Assembly: GCA_902585415.1 (NCBI GenBank)
Contig: CACIDN010000005.1
Coordinates: 7,984 to 71,983 of the forward strand
Direction of reading: 5' to 3'
Source: an uncultured Pelagibacteraceae bacterium
Lineage (GTDB): Bacteria > Pseudomonadota > Alphaproteobacteria > Pelagibacterales > Pelagibacteraceae
DNA length: 64,000 nt
The stretch's first letter is position 1. The number at the start of each line of letters is the position of its first letter. The notes below the pieces were generated by a model, which ran no database searches, had not been told where the DNA came from, and was given only the letters and a program-made list of their open reading frames with translations. Position numbers and translations under genes: made by a program. Shown here piece after piece: positions 1-10,226 of this stretch.

Positions 1-21
1 TAAATAATTAAAATATAAATC

Positions 22-54
22 ATACCCCTGCTTATTTAAGCAGGGGTATTTTTT
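22..54 (+). terminator. Stem-loop with T-run directly upstream of the TRAP small-permease start (intercistronic terminator or mRNA stabiliser)
   Basis: ATACCCCTGCTT (22-33) pairs perfectly with AAGCAGGGGTAT (38-49), 4-nt loop, then a T run ending at 54. Confidence 0.7.
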
Positions 55-552
55 ATGACCGATAAATTTATTAGATTAACAAATTGGCTGGCTAAAGCTT
101 GCGGCGTTTTTGCTGCAGGATGTCTTTTCTTATCTATTGTAATTATTACAGAATTAGTATTTGAAAGATATTTATTTAAGAATGCTATTACATGGCAGAC
201 TGAGCTTGTCACAATGCTATTAGTTGCATCCACATTTATTGGTAGTGCTTATGTCTTAAGTGTTAAGGGTCATGTAAATATGGAATACCTTTATACATTT
301 TTAAGTAAAAAAAATATTACAAGACTAAAAATTTTTACAGATAGTCTCTGTTTAATTTTCTTCCTAATTTTATTTTATGTGAGTTACGAAATAACTTATG
401 AAGCTTTTATAAAAAATTATAATACAGGCACAGTTTGGGGTCCCCCTTTATGGATACCTTATTCATCTATGCTCATTGGAGCTACTCTCATGACTATGTC
501 ATACATTTCCGAATTAATTTTGCACGTAAGAAAACTTAAGGAGTTTGAATAA
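55..552 (+). CDS. dctQ: TRAP transporter small permease
   Basis: 165 aa, about 4 TM segments, GHVNM motif, overlaps the start of dctM. Confidence 0.85.
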   Translation: MTDKFIRLTNWLAKACGVFAAGCLFLSIVIITELVFERYLFKNAITWQTELVTMLLVASTFIGSAYVLSVKGHVNMEYLYTFLSKKNITRLKIFTDSLCLIFFLILFYVSYEITYEAFIKNYNTGTVWGPPLWIPYSSMLIGATLMTMSYISELILHVRKLKEFE

Positions 553-1883
553 TGGACCCATTATTACTAGGATTAATTGTTGGAGTTTCAACAGTCGTAA
601 TGCTTTTTTCGGGCATACCAATTGCCTTTGGATTGTGTTTTATTTCTATAATATTTTTAGTAATTGCTGAGGGATTTTCTATTTTAAATGTTTTTGCAGA
701 AACATTTTATGCTGGTTTAAATTCATTTGTTTTACTATCTATTCCAATGTTTATTTTGATGGGAATGGCTGTCGCTAATTCACCAGCTGGTAAGGATTTG
801 TATACTGGTTTAGATAGGTGGCTTTGGAGATTGCCTGGTGGTCTTGTAGTGTCTAATATTGGAGCTTGCTCTATATTTGCAGCTTTAAGTGGTTCAAGTC
901 CAGCAACTTGTGCAGCCATTGGCACCATGGGAATTCCTGAAATGAGAAAAAGAGGCTATTCTGCAAGATTAGCGACAGGATGCATTGCTGCAGGCGGAAC
1001 TCTTGGTGTTTTAATTCCTCCAAGCATAGTGCTAATAGTTTATGGTTTAGCCACAGGCACATCGATTGGAAGATTGTTTTTATGTGGTGTTATACCTGGA
1101 TTACTTCTCGCGGGGTTATTTATGTTATGGGCTTATATATACTCTTATTTTATAGACAAAAAATCTGCAGAAATTTTAAGAAATAGAAAACCACCAACCT
1201 TAAAAGAAAAACTAGAAGTCATTCCAAGAGTACTTCCTTTCTTATTAATTGTAGTAGGAGTTTTGTATGTTTTATACGGTGGCGTAGCCACACCATCTGA
1301 AGCATCTGGAGTAGGTGCTTTTCTGGTATTTGTTATGATTGCTGTTGTTTATAAAATTTATCAACCAAAAAAAATATGGGATATTGTTAAAGTATCAATG
1401 AAAGAAAGCGTGATGATAATGTTTATCATTGCAGGCTCATATATATTTGCATTTAGCTTATCTACTCTATACGTAACCCAATCAATTGCACAAACTATCG
1501 TAGAGATGGGTTTAAACAAATGGGTTTTATTTTTTTATATAAATATTTTTCTTTTAATAGCTGGCTTCTTTTTACCACCAGTAGCAGTAATTGTTATGAC
1601 ATCAGCGATACTACTTCCAATAATTACTCAATTCGGTTTTGACCCTTATTGGTTTGCAATTGTATTTACCATCAATATGGAAATTGGTTTGATTACACCG
1701 CCAGTTGGTTTAAATTTATATATTATAAAAGGAATTACCCCCGATGTAAGTCTATCAGAAATATTAAAAGGCTCAGTTCCCTTTATGGTAATGATGGTTA
1801 TCTGTATAATAATATTGTGTATTTTCCCAGAAATAGTAACTTGGTTACCTGACAAATTAATGGGGAAAGCACTTGCTTACTAA
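552..1883 (+). CDS. dctM: TRAP transporter large permease
   Basis: 443 aa hydrophobic protein; SGSSPA, GGTLGVLIPPS, ATPSEA and ITPPVGLNL motifs. Confidence 0.93.
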   Translation: MDPLLLGLIVGVSTVVMLFSGIPIAFGLCFISIIFLVIAEGFSILNVFAETFYAGLNSFVLLSIPMFILMGMAVANSPAGKDLYTGLDRWLWRLPGGLVVSNIGACSIFAALSGSSPATCAAIGTMGIPEMRKRGYSARLATGCIAAGGTLGVLIPPSIVLIVYGLATGTSIGRLFLCGVIPGLLLAGLFMLWAYIYSYFIDKKSAEILRNRKPPTLKEKLEVIPRVLPFLLIVVGVLYVLYGGVATPSEASGVGAFLVFVMIAVVYKIYQPKKIWDIVKVSMKESVMIMFIIAGSYIFAFSLSTLYVTQSIAQTIVEMGLNKWVLFFYINIFLLIAGFFLPPVAVIVMTSAILLPIITQFGFDPYWFAIVFTINMEIGLITPPVGLNLYIIKGITPDVSLSEILKGSVPFMVMMVICIIILCIFPEIVTWLPDKLMGKALAY

Positions 1884-2877
1884 TAACAATATAAATCGTA
1901 AAATATCAGTTGCACCCATGATGGATTGTACAGATCGTCATGATAGATTTTTTTTAAGGTTAATCAGCAAGAATGTCATGCTTTATTCTGAGATGGTAGC
2001 AACTAAGTCAGCAATTCTTGGTGATAGAGAGAAGATTTTAGGATTTAGAAAGGAAGAGCATCCAGTTGCGCTACAAGTTGGCGGATCTGATAAAAAAGAA
2101 CTCGCTCAAGTTGCTAAATTGGCTGAGGAGTATAGCTATAAAGAAATAAACTTAAATCTTGGATGTCCAAGCAAAAAAGTTCAAAAAAATTCTTTTGGTG
2201 CCTGTTTAATGAAAGAACCCGAACTTGTTGCAGATTGTTTAAATGAAATGGTTAATGCCTGTAATATACCCGTGACAGCTAAAACAAGGATAGGTGTTGA
2301 TGATATAGAGGATTTTGATTATTTAAATAAGTTTATTAATAAAATTAAAGAAGCGGGCTGTAAAACAGTTATATTACACGCTAGAAAAGCTATTTTAAAA
2401 GGTCTCACTCCAAAGCAAAATCTTTCAATTCCAAAATTAAATTACGAGAGAGTTTATGAAATTAAAAAAGAAAACCCCGATTTAGAAGTTATTATAAATG
2501 GTGGGATTACAAATATTGAAGATATAAAAAAACATTTAATAAAATGCGATGGTGTTATGATAGGTAGAGCAATATACCAAAATCCGTATTTTTTATCTGA
2601 AATTGAGAAAGAAATATTTAATACTAATAAAATACCCTCTAGAGAAGAAATTGCTAAAGAAATTTTAAAATATTTAGAGGAAGAGGTAAAATTAGGTACA
2701 AAAATAAATCATATAATGCGACACACAGTAGGATTATATCATGGTCAACCAGGATCTAAGGAGTGGAAAAGATATTTAAGCGATAATATGATGGCAAGGG
2801 ACTCTGATTTTCAAAAAGCAAAACACATTATGACAATTGTACAAAATAATGAAAAGGCAAATCAAATTACCTCATAA
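1873..2877 (+). CDS. dusA: tRNA dihydrouridine(20/20a) synthase
   Basis: SVAPMMDCTDRH, NLNLGCPS, LHARKA, NGGI and GVMIGRA motifs. Confidence 0.92.
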   Translation: MLTNNNINRKISVAPMMDCTDRHDRFFLRLISKNVMLYSEMVATKSAILGDREKILGFRKEEHPVALQVGGSDKKELAQVAKLAEEYSYKEINLNLGCPSKKVQKNSFGACLMKEPELVADCLNEMVNACNIPVTAKTRIGVDDIEDFDYLNKFINKIKEAGCKTVILHARKAILKGLTPKQNLSIPKLNYERVYEIKKENPDLEVIINGGITNIEDIKKHLIKCDGVMIGRAIYQNPYFLSEIEKEIFNTNKIPSREEIAKEILKYLEEEVKLGTKINHIMRHTVGLYHGQPGSKEWKRYLSDNMMARDSDFQKAKHIMTIVQNNEKANQITS

Positions 2878-3713
2878 TGGAAAATTTAAATATAAGTGAG
2901 ATAATAAATTTATTAACAGTGCTTGGAATTGCAGCTGCTGTTGCAGGTTTCATGGCTGGTTTATTAGGAGTAGGGGGTGGGATCATAATGGTTCCAGCTT
3001 TGTACTATGCTTTTACAGTTTTAGAATTTGATTTAGTAACAAGAATGCATTTATCAGTAGGAACATCACTTGCAATAATTATACCTACTTCAATTATTTC
3101 AACAAAAACACATAAGGAGCATGATGCTGTAGATTTTAATATGGTAAAATCTTTTGGAATTTTTATAGTTCTAGGTGTTTTTTTTGGTACATTTTTAGCA
3201 GTAAGTTTAAAAACACCTGCATTAGTTTTGTTTTTTGCAACATTTTCATTTTGCGTTGGTCTTTTTTTTATTTTTTTAAGAGAACAACTAATGGACAAAC
3301 CTAAAAAAATCTCAGAATTGATTAAAAAAATTTCGGGAATATTAATCGGATTTATTTCAGTTCCCTTAGGAATTGGTGGAGGTTCTTTAATGGTTCCCTT
3401 TATGAGAACATTTGGATATGATATTAGAAAGTCTATAGGAACAGCTGCAGCAGTCGGTTTCTTAATAGCTTTAACAGGCTCAATCACAATGATAACGGGG
3501 GGTGAAATTATAAATAATGTAAAATCACCTTTTAGTTTTGGTTACATTAATTTATTAGGCTTCCTGGTATTTGTACCTGTAACAATGGTAATGGCCCGAA
3601 TTGGAGCTAAAGTAGTCTATAAAATTAATAAAAAGTTATTAAGCAAAATATTTGGCTGTTTTTTACTATTAGTTTCTGTTAGGTCCTTTGTGGAATATTT
3701 TAACATAAATTAA
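2877..3713 (+). CDS. TauE/SafE family sulfite exporter
   Basis: GLLGVGGG, GTSLA and LGIGGG repeats; about 8 TM segments. Confidence 0.85.
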   Translation: MENLNISEIINLLTVLGIAAAVAGFMAGLLGVGGGIIMVPALYYAFTVLEFDLVTRMHLSVGTSLAIIIPTSIISTKTHKEHDAVDFNMVKSFGIFIVLGVFFGTFLAVSLKTPALVLFFATFSFCVGLFFIFLREQLMDKPKKISELIKKISGILIGFISVPLGIGGGSLMVPFMRTFGYDIRKSIGTAAAVGFLIALTGSITMITGGEIINNVKSPFSFGYINLLGFLVFVPVTMVMARIGAKVVYKINKKLLSKIFGCFLLLVSVRSFVEYFNIN

Positions 3714-3727
3714 TTAACAAGATCGTT

Positions 3728-4561
3728 GTGACCTTATCAATTTTAATAAATGAATACTGGTATTTTATTTTACTTATAGTGTTTGCTGCTACCTCTGTTG
3801 GTTTTTTTGCTGGATTATTTGGAATAGGCGGAGGTTTGATCTCTGTACCTTGTCTTTTTTTTATATTTGAAACTTTAAATATCGAAAAAGATTATTTAAT
3901 GCATTTGACTGTGGGTACTGCTTTTACAATTACAATATTTACGTCCTCAGCATCTGTCTTTACACATTATAAGAATAAATTAGTTGATACAAATGTTGTA
4001 AAAACATTTGGATTATTTGTTGTAACAGGAGTTTTACTAGGAACAATATTTGCAGCATACATGACTACAAAAAACCTTGTATTATTTTTCTCAGTAATTG
4101 TTTATATATTTGGAGCTTACTTGATGCTTGCAAATAAAAAAGTTAATAAAGTAAAGGTTAACAGAGCTTTTTATCCTAAGGCTATATTTGGTTTAATTTC
4201 AGGATTTATCTCTGCACCGATGGGGATTACTGGAGCAATGATGAATGTCCCGCTACTTAGATATTTAGGTTATCCGATAAGTAAATGTATAGGAAGCGCT
4301 GCAACCATAGGATTATTTATTTCTTTAACGGGCTCACTAGGTTTTTTAATATCGGGTTTTTATTTTAGCGCAGATTTACCTTTTAGTGTTGGCTTTATTA
4401 ATATCCCAGCTTTTTTATTGTTTGTTCCAATAACAACTTTTATGGCCACATTTGGAGCGAATACAGTTTATAAAATGGACAAAACTAAAGCCCAAAGGCT
4501 TTTTGGGGTTTTTCTTTATGCAATAGGAACAATATTCATTTATAGATATTTTAATATCTAA
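3728..4561 (+). CDS. TauE/SafE family sulfite exporter (tandem paralog)
   Basis: GLFGIGGG motif; aligns by eye along its length with the upstream paralog. Confidence 0.82.
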   Translation: MTLSILINEYWYFILLIVFAATSVGFFAGLFGIGGGLISVPCLFFIFETLNIEKDYLMHLTVGTAFTITIFTSSASVFTHYKNKLVDTNVVKTFGLFVVTGVLLGTIFAAYMTTKNLVLFFSVIVYIFGAYLMLANKKVNKVKVNRAFYPKAIFGLISGFISAPMGITGAMMNVPLLRYLGYPISKCIGSAATIGLFISLTGSLGFLISGFYFSADLPFSVGFINIPAFLLFVPITTFMATFGANTVYKMDKTKAQRLFGVFLYAIGTIFIYRYFNI

Positions 4562-6006
4562 TCAATCTTTTGATCGTACTGTCCAATTTTTCCTGTTTCT
4601 TGCAATAAATTGTCAATAAAATAAAATATTCCTCTTTTAATTTTATCAGAGGTTGGGCTCTCAGTAACTATAACTAATGAAGGTTTGTTTGATGAAGCCC
4701 TTATCAATCCCCAAGATCCATCCTCCAAAGAAAATCTAATTCCATTAACGGTAAGTATATCATTAATTTGTAGTTCATTAATTTTAAAACCATCACTTTT
4801 TAGTTTATTAATCTTTTTAATCATATCATTAATAACTCCATATTTTTCATCGTCTTTACAAAAAGGACCCATAGTAGGACTTTGAAAAGTTTTAGGTAAA
4901 TTTTTAATAAGAACATCCAATTTTTCACTTTGATTATCCAAAAGATTACAAACCTGAATTGCTGAATTTATACCATCATCAAAACCGTAACCAAGCGGTT
5001 TATTGAAAAAAAAATGTCCACTTTTTTCGAAACCTGCTATAGCATTACTTTCATTTACCTTTCTTTTTATATAAGAGTGCCCAGTTTTCCAATAAATAGT
5101 TTCACAATTATTTTTTCTAAGCATTTCATCAGTTGCAAATAATCCTGTAGATTTTACATCAACAATAAATTTAGAGTTTTTATGTTTGACTGATATGTCT
5201 CTAGCAATTAATAATCCAACTTTATCTGCAAAAATTTCATCACCATTATTATCTATAACTCCAACTCTGTCACCATCTCCATCGAACCCGAAACCAACAT
5301 CTGCATTATTTTGTTTTACACATTTTGCAATTTCATGAAGCATTTTCATATCCTCTGGGTTTGGATTGTATCTTGGAAAAGTATAATCAAGGTTGCAATC
5401 TAGTTCTATAACTTCACAGCCAATACCTCTTAAAATATCTGGTGCAAAAATTCCTGCAGTTCCATTTCCACAAGCTGCTACTACTTTTAATTTCTTTCTA
5501 AGTTTACTCTTTGATAGTTCATTGATATAAATTTTATTAAATTCTTTTATTTCCTGGTACTTCCCAGAACCACTTGTAAATTTTTCTTTCAAAACAATAT
5601 CTTTTAATTCTAACATTTCCTCTTTACAATGTGTAAGTCCTTTTTCTATACCCATTTTAATACCAGTCCATCCATTTTCATTATGACTTGCTGTTATCAT
5701 TGCTATTGCATCAGAATTTAGCCTAAATTGCGAAAAATAAACTGTTGGTGAGAGACACAAACCTATATCTTTAACGTTGCATCCCACTGATAAAAGTCCC
5801 TTTATAAAATTTTTCTTAACATTTTCACTATATGATCTATAATCGTGACCAACTATTACAGTTGGATTTTTTACTTTATTTAAAACCTGGGTACCGAATC
5901 CTTTTCCAACTGACTCAATTCCTAATTCGTTAATACTATCCGGGAAAAGCCATCTGGCGTCATATTCTCTAAAACCTAATGGATCTATTTTTTTCTCATT
6001 TATCAT
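4558..6006 (-). CDS. Phosphomannomutase/phosphoglucomutase
   Basis: FREYDAR, ITASHN (phosphoserine), FDGDGDR and EKSGH motifs; start trimmed to the ATG at 6006 (MINEKK). Confidence 0.9.
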   Translation of the reverse strand: MINEKKIDPLGFREYDARWLFPDSINELGIESVGKGFGTQVLNKVKNPTVIVGHDYRSYSENVKKNFIKGLLSVGCNVKDIGLCLSPTVYFSQFRLNSDAIAMITASHNENGWTGIKMGIEKGLTHCKEEMLELKDIVLKEKFTSGSGKYQEIKEFNKIYINELSKSKLRKKLKVVAACGNGTAGIFAPDILRGIGCEVIELDCNLDYTFPRYNPNPEDMKMLHEIAKCVKQNNADVGFGFDGDGDRVGVIDNNGDEIFADKVGLLIARDISVKHKNSKFIVDVKSTGLFATDEMLRKNNCETIYWKTGHSYIKRKVNESNAIAGFEKSGHFFFNKPLGYGFDDGINSAIQVCNLLDNQSEKLDVLIKNLPKTFQSPTMGPFCKDDEKYGVINDMIKKINKLKSDGFKINELQINDILTVNGIRFSLEDGSWGLIRASSNKPSLVIVTESPTSDKIKRGIFYFIDNLLQETGKIGQYDQKID

Positions 6007-6149
6007 GTTAATATTTGTACATTTCTTTGATTTTTTTATTGCATATTTTTTTTCATGTTCTATAAATGTTCTGTTGATTTCTAATTTATATAGTGTATTA
6101 AAGAAATCTACACACAACATATAGTTGTTTTACTAAAATAGGGAGTTTA

Positions 6150-8090
6150 ATGAACAAAGTATTGTCACAAGCAATCAAGAAAGCTGTCTCTGAATTTAAA
6201 CCGAGGATTGAAATTCAAGATAGAAACAAGGGTCCTGATTTATTTTCTTTAAATAACAATACTGAACTATTTCAGAATTCAAAAGGTATAACTATAAAAA
6301 TCGATCGAAGTAGAGACAATAATCTTACAGATTTTGGTAGGGCAACTCTAACTGATAGATATCTTGGTGAGAATGAGTCTTTTCAGGATCTGTTTGCAAG
6401 AGTTGCAAGTTACTATGCTGACGACAACTTACATGCACAAAGGTTGTATAATTATATTAGCAACCTTTGGTTCATGCCAGCTACACCAGTTTTATCAAAC
6501 GGGGGAACTACTAGAGGTTTGCCTATTTCATGTTTTTTAAATGAAGCTAACGATAGTTTACAAGGCATTCTTGGTCTATGGAGCGAGAACGTTTGGCTAG
6601 CTGCAAGAGGAGGCGGTATTGGAAGTTATTGGGGCAATCTTAGATCTATCGGGGAAAAAATTGGCAGGGTCGGAAAAACCTCCGGAATAATTCCTTTTAT
6701 AAAAGTGATGGACTCTTTAACTATGGCAATTAGCCAAGGTTCATTAAGAAGAGGATCTGCAGCATGTTACTTACCGATAGATCATCCTGAAATTGAAGAA
6801 TTTATTGAAATGAGAAGACCAACCGGCGGAGATCCAAATAGAAAGTCTCTTAATTTACATCATGGCGTACTTGTTTCTGACGCTTTTATGAGAGCTGTAG
6901 AGCTTGATGAACAATGGGCTTTGAAAAGTCCAAAAGATGGTGCGGTTCAACAAACAGTTTCTGCAAGAAACTTATGGATAAGACTACTCACTGCCAGGAT
7001 TGAAACTGGAGAGCCATATATCATTTATATCGACACTGTTAATAGACAAATACCCCAACATCACAAACTAGCTGGACTAACAGTAAAAACTTCAAACCTT
7101 TGTAGTGAAATAACTTTGCCAACAGGAATTGATAAAGAAGGAAGAGATAGAACCGCAGTTTGTTGTTTATCATCTTTGAATGTAGAGAAGTATGATGAGT
7201 GGAAAGATGATGAAAAATTCATAGATGATGTGATGAGATTTTTAGATAATGTTTTGAGTGATTTTATAAAGAACGCACCTAGTGAATTTAGTGATGCAGT
7301 ATATTCTGCCGAAAAGGAGAGAAGTGTTGGGCTTGGAGTAATGGGCTTACATTCCTACTTTCAAAAAAAAATGATACCTTTAGAGTCTGTTATGAGCAAA
7401 GTATGGAACAAAAAAATATTTGAAAACATTCAAAATAAAGTTGATAAATCTTCTAAAGATTTGGCTGAGGAGAGAGGTCCTTGTCCGGATGCATCTGAAT
7501 ACGGTTTTAAAGAGAGATTTTCAAATAAAACCGCAATTGCTCCAACAGCTTCTATTTCTATTATATGTGGTGGAACATCTCCAGGGGTAGAACCGATAGC
7601 CGCTAATAGCTATACGCATAAAACACTTTCAGGATCTTTTAATGTTAGAAATAAGTATTTAAGAAAACTTTTAGAGAAGCATGACAAAGATAACGATGAA
7701 GTTTGGTCAAGCATAACTACAAACCAAGGTTCGGTTTCTCATTTAGATTTTTTAACAAAAGAGGAAAAAGATGTTTTTAAAACAGCCTTTGAACTAGATC
7801 AAAGATGGCTTGTAGATTTAAGTGCGGATAGAACTCCTAACATATCTCAAGCCCAATCTATAAATTTATTTTTACCTGCTGATGTGCATAAGAAAGATTT
7901 ACATCAAATACATTTCCAAGCTTGGAAAAAAGGTTTAAAAAGCCTTTATTATTGCAGGTCAAAATCGATACAAAGAGCTGAGAATGTTAATGATGCAAAA
8001 TCAACCGACATTACAGCTAATGTTTACAAATCAAAAAATCAACAACAAACAGAAGAAAACAAATATGAGGAGTGTTTATCATGTCAGTAG
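6150..8090 (+). CDS. nrdA: Class I ribonucleotide reductase alpha subunit (no obvious ATP-cone)
   Basis: PATP, ISCF, SNLCSE, APTAS, YYCR and C-terminal CLSC motifs. Confidence 0.93.
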   Translation: MNKVLSQAIKKAVSEFKPRIEIQDRNKGPDLFSLNNNTELFQNSKGITIKIDRSRDNNLTDFGRATLTDRYLGENESFQDLFARVASYYADDNLHAQRLYNYISNLWFMPATPVLSNGGTTRGLPISCFLNEANDSLQGILGLWSENVWLAARGGGIGSYWGNLRSIGEKIGRVGKTSGIIPFIKVMDSLTMAISQGSLRRGSAACYLPIDHPEIEEFIEMRRPTGGDPNRKSLNLHHGVLVSDAFMRAVELDEQWALKSPKDGAVQQTVSARNLWIRLLTARIETGEPYIIYIDTVNRQIPQHHKLAGLTVKTSNLCSEITLPTGIDKEGRDRTAVCCLSSLNVEKYDEWKDDEKFIDDVMRFLDNVLSDFIKNAPSEFSDAVYSAEKERSVGLGVMGLHSYFQKKMIPLESVMSKVWNKKIFENIQNKVDKSSKDLAEERGPCPDASEYGFKERFSNKTAIAPTASISIICGGTSPGVEPIAANSYTHKTLSGSFNVRNKYLRKLLEKHDKDNDEVWSSITTNQGSVSHLDFLTKEEKDVFKTAFELDQRWLVDLSADRTPNISQAQSINLFLPADVHKKDLHQIHFQAWKKGLKSLYYCRSKSIQRAENVNDAKSTDITANVYKSKNQQQTEENKYEECLSCQ

Positions 8091-9091
8091 CAAAGAAAGA
8101 AGAGAGTGGAAAAATTATTCAACCAAAAAAAATGGGATTATTAGTTGAAAATCCTGTTTACAAGCCATTTAGATATCCATGGTGTTATGATGCTTGGTTA
8201 ACTCAGCAAAGAATTCATTGGTTGCCTGAAGAGGTACCCCTAGGTGATGATGTAAGAGATTGGCAAAAAAATTTAACGGGACCAGAAAAGAACTTAGTAA
8301 CACAAATCTTTAGGTTTTTTACTCAAGCTGATGTTGAGGTAAATAATTGTTACCTTAGACATTACACAAGTGTTTTTAAACCAACAGAGGTGCTAATGAT
8401 GATGACAGCATTTGCATCTATGGAAACGGTTCATGTCGCTGCATATTCACATTTACTAGATACCATTGGAATGCCCGAGTCTGAATATTCCGCTTTCATG
8501 AAATATAAAGAAATGAAAGATAAATATGATTACATGCAAGGTTTCAATGTCAAGTCAAAAGAGGATATTGCAAAAACTGTTGCAGTTTTCAGTGCTTTTA
8601 CTGAAGGCCTTCAACTGTTTGCTAGTTTTGCGATTCTATTAAACTTTCCAAGACACAATAAACTTAAGGGAATGGGACAGATTGTAACTTGGTCTGTCAG
8701 AGATGAAACTCTTCATTGTAATTCAATGATTAGAATATTTAAAGAGTTCATAAAGGAGAATCCAGAAATCTGGACACCAAAACTCAAAAAAGAAATTTAT
8801 GATGCGTGCAGAACAATTGTAGAGCATGAGGACGCATTTATAGATTTAGCTTTCGAGATGGGGCCATTGGAAGGATTAACGGCTAAAGAAGTTAAAGATT
8901 ATATTAGATTTATTGGAAACAGAAGATTAGTACAATTGGGTCTAGAACCAATTTACGACGTAGAGAAAAATCCGTTAACATGGTTAGATACTATGTTAAA
9001 TGCTGTAGAGCACATGAACTTTTTTGAGGGTAGAGCAACAGAATATTCAAAAGCATCAACCCAGGGAAGTTGGGTAGAAGCTTTTAGTTAA
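8081..9091 (+). CDS. nrdB: Ribonucleotide reductase beta subunit
   Basis: FFTQAD, ETVHVAAY, EGLQLF, RDETLH and NFFE motifs; GAGGAG RBS at 8067-8072 favours the ATG at 8081. Confidence 0.93.
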   Translation: MSVAKKEESGKIIQPKKMGLLVENPVYKPFRYPWCYDAWLTQQRIHWLPEEVPLGDDVRDWQKNLTGPEKNLVTQIFRFFTQADVEVNNCYLRHYTSVFKPTEVLMMMTAFASMETVHVAAYSHLLDTIGMPESEYSAFMKYKEMKDKYDYMQGFNVKSKEDIAKTVAVFSAFTEGLQLFASFAILLNFPRHNKLKGMGQIVTWSVRDETLHCNSMIRIFKEFIKENPEIWTPKLKKEIYDACRTIVEHEDAFIDLAFEMGPLEGLTAKEVKDYIRFIGNRRLVQLGLEPIYDVEKNPLTWLDTMLNAVEHMNFFEGRATEYSKASTQGSWVEAFS

Positions 9092-9101
9092 TACAGGTAA
9101 T

Positions 9102-10226
9102 TTATCTCTGGTTTAACGGCACTACTTTCCTGTAACTACTTCCTTTGTAACTAGCCAGAGGTCTGATTAGCTTATTTGCAGCATGTTGTTCAAGAATATG
9201 AGCCGACCAGCCAGTTATTCTTGATATGACAAATATAGGTGTAAAGAAATCAGTGTCAAAGCCCATCAAGTGGTAAGTTGGTCCAGTTGGATAATCCACA
9301 TTAGGGTAAATATTTTTTCTATCAATCATAACTTTTTCTACAATGTCATATATTTTTTCAAATTTTTTATCTTTCTTTACTTTTGCAACTTTTGAAAAAT
9401 ACTCCCTCATTGTCGGCACTCTAGAGTCCCCACTCTTGTAGACTCTGTGGCCAAAACCCATCACTACAGTTTTTTTATCTAAGGCGTTATTAATCCATTT
9501 AAGTGCGTTTTCAGGTTTTTTAATTTTATTCATCATGTGCATCACCTCTTCATTTGCGCCACCGTGCAATGGTCCTTTTAAACTAGCTATAGCACCAGTA
9601 ATTGCGCCATGTATATCTGATAAGCTACTTGTGATAGTTCTAGCAGTAAAAGTTGACACGTTGAAACTATGCTCAGCATATAAAATTAAAGATACATCAA
9701 ACGCTTTTACTATCTCTTTGTTTGGAACTTCTCCAAAACACATGTAAAAGAAATTTTCTGAAAATGATAGATTGCTTTTAGGACCAATTATTTTTTTACC
9801 TTTTCTAAGTCTATAAAATGCTGCTAAAGCTGTTGGTGTTTTTGCAAAAATTCTCATGACTTTTCTGATATTGGCTTTAGGTGAATTATCTTTAGTTTCT
9901 TTATCCTCAAGACCCATAATACTTACTGCTGTTCTTGCTACATCCATTGGGTGAGATTTTTTTGGAAAGTTTTTAATGCTGTTTAGAAGAGATTTAGATA
10001 ATTTTCTCTCTTTTCGTTCGATTTTCTCAAAGCTTTTTAATTGCTTATTGTCTGGTAGTTCTCTATTTAGAATCAAATATGCGACTTCCTCAAATTTACA
10101 TTTTGCACATAAATCTTGTGCTGCATAACCCCGATAAGTAAGAGAATTAATTTCTGGCATTACTTTAGAAACCTCTGTTTCATCAACAACAATTCCTAAT
10201 AAACCTTTTTTAATATCTTCTGTCAT
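9102..10226 (-). CDS. prpC: 2-methylcitrate synthase
   Basis: YAEHSFN, GPLHGGANE, GFGHRVY and PNVD motifs; in an operon with prpB and prpD. Confidence 0.9.
   Translation of the reverse strand: MTEDIKKGLLGIVVDETEVSKVMPEINSLTYRGYAAQDLCAKCKFEEVAYLILNRELPDNKQLKSFEKIERKERKLSKSLLNSIKNFPKKSHPMDVARTAVSIMGLEDKETKDNSPKANIRKVMRIFAKTPTALAAFYRLRKGKKIIGPKSNLSFSENFFYMCFGEVPNKEIVKAFDVSLILYAEHSFNVSTFTARTITSSLSDIHGAITGAIASLKGPLHGGANEEVMHMMNKIKKPENALKWINNALDKKTVVMGFGHRVYKSGDSRVPTMREYFSKVAKVKKDKKFEKIYDIVEKVMIDRKNIYPNVDYPTGPTYHLMGFDTDFFTPIFVISRITGWSAHILEQHAANKLIRPLASYKGSSYRKVVPLNQR

Noticed and set aside
6007-6120. N-terminal extensions of the phosphomannomutase, and similarly sfsA (to 31504), the cinA-like gene (from 31344) and purQ (to 27647)
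   Set aside because: They start at non-ATG codons and run into promoter regions or overlap neighbouring genes; family motifs begin at the downstream ATG.
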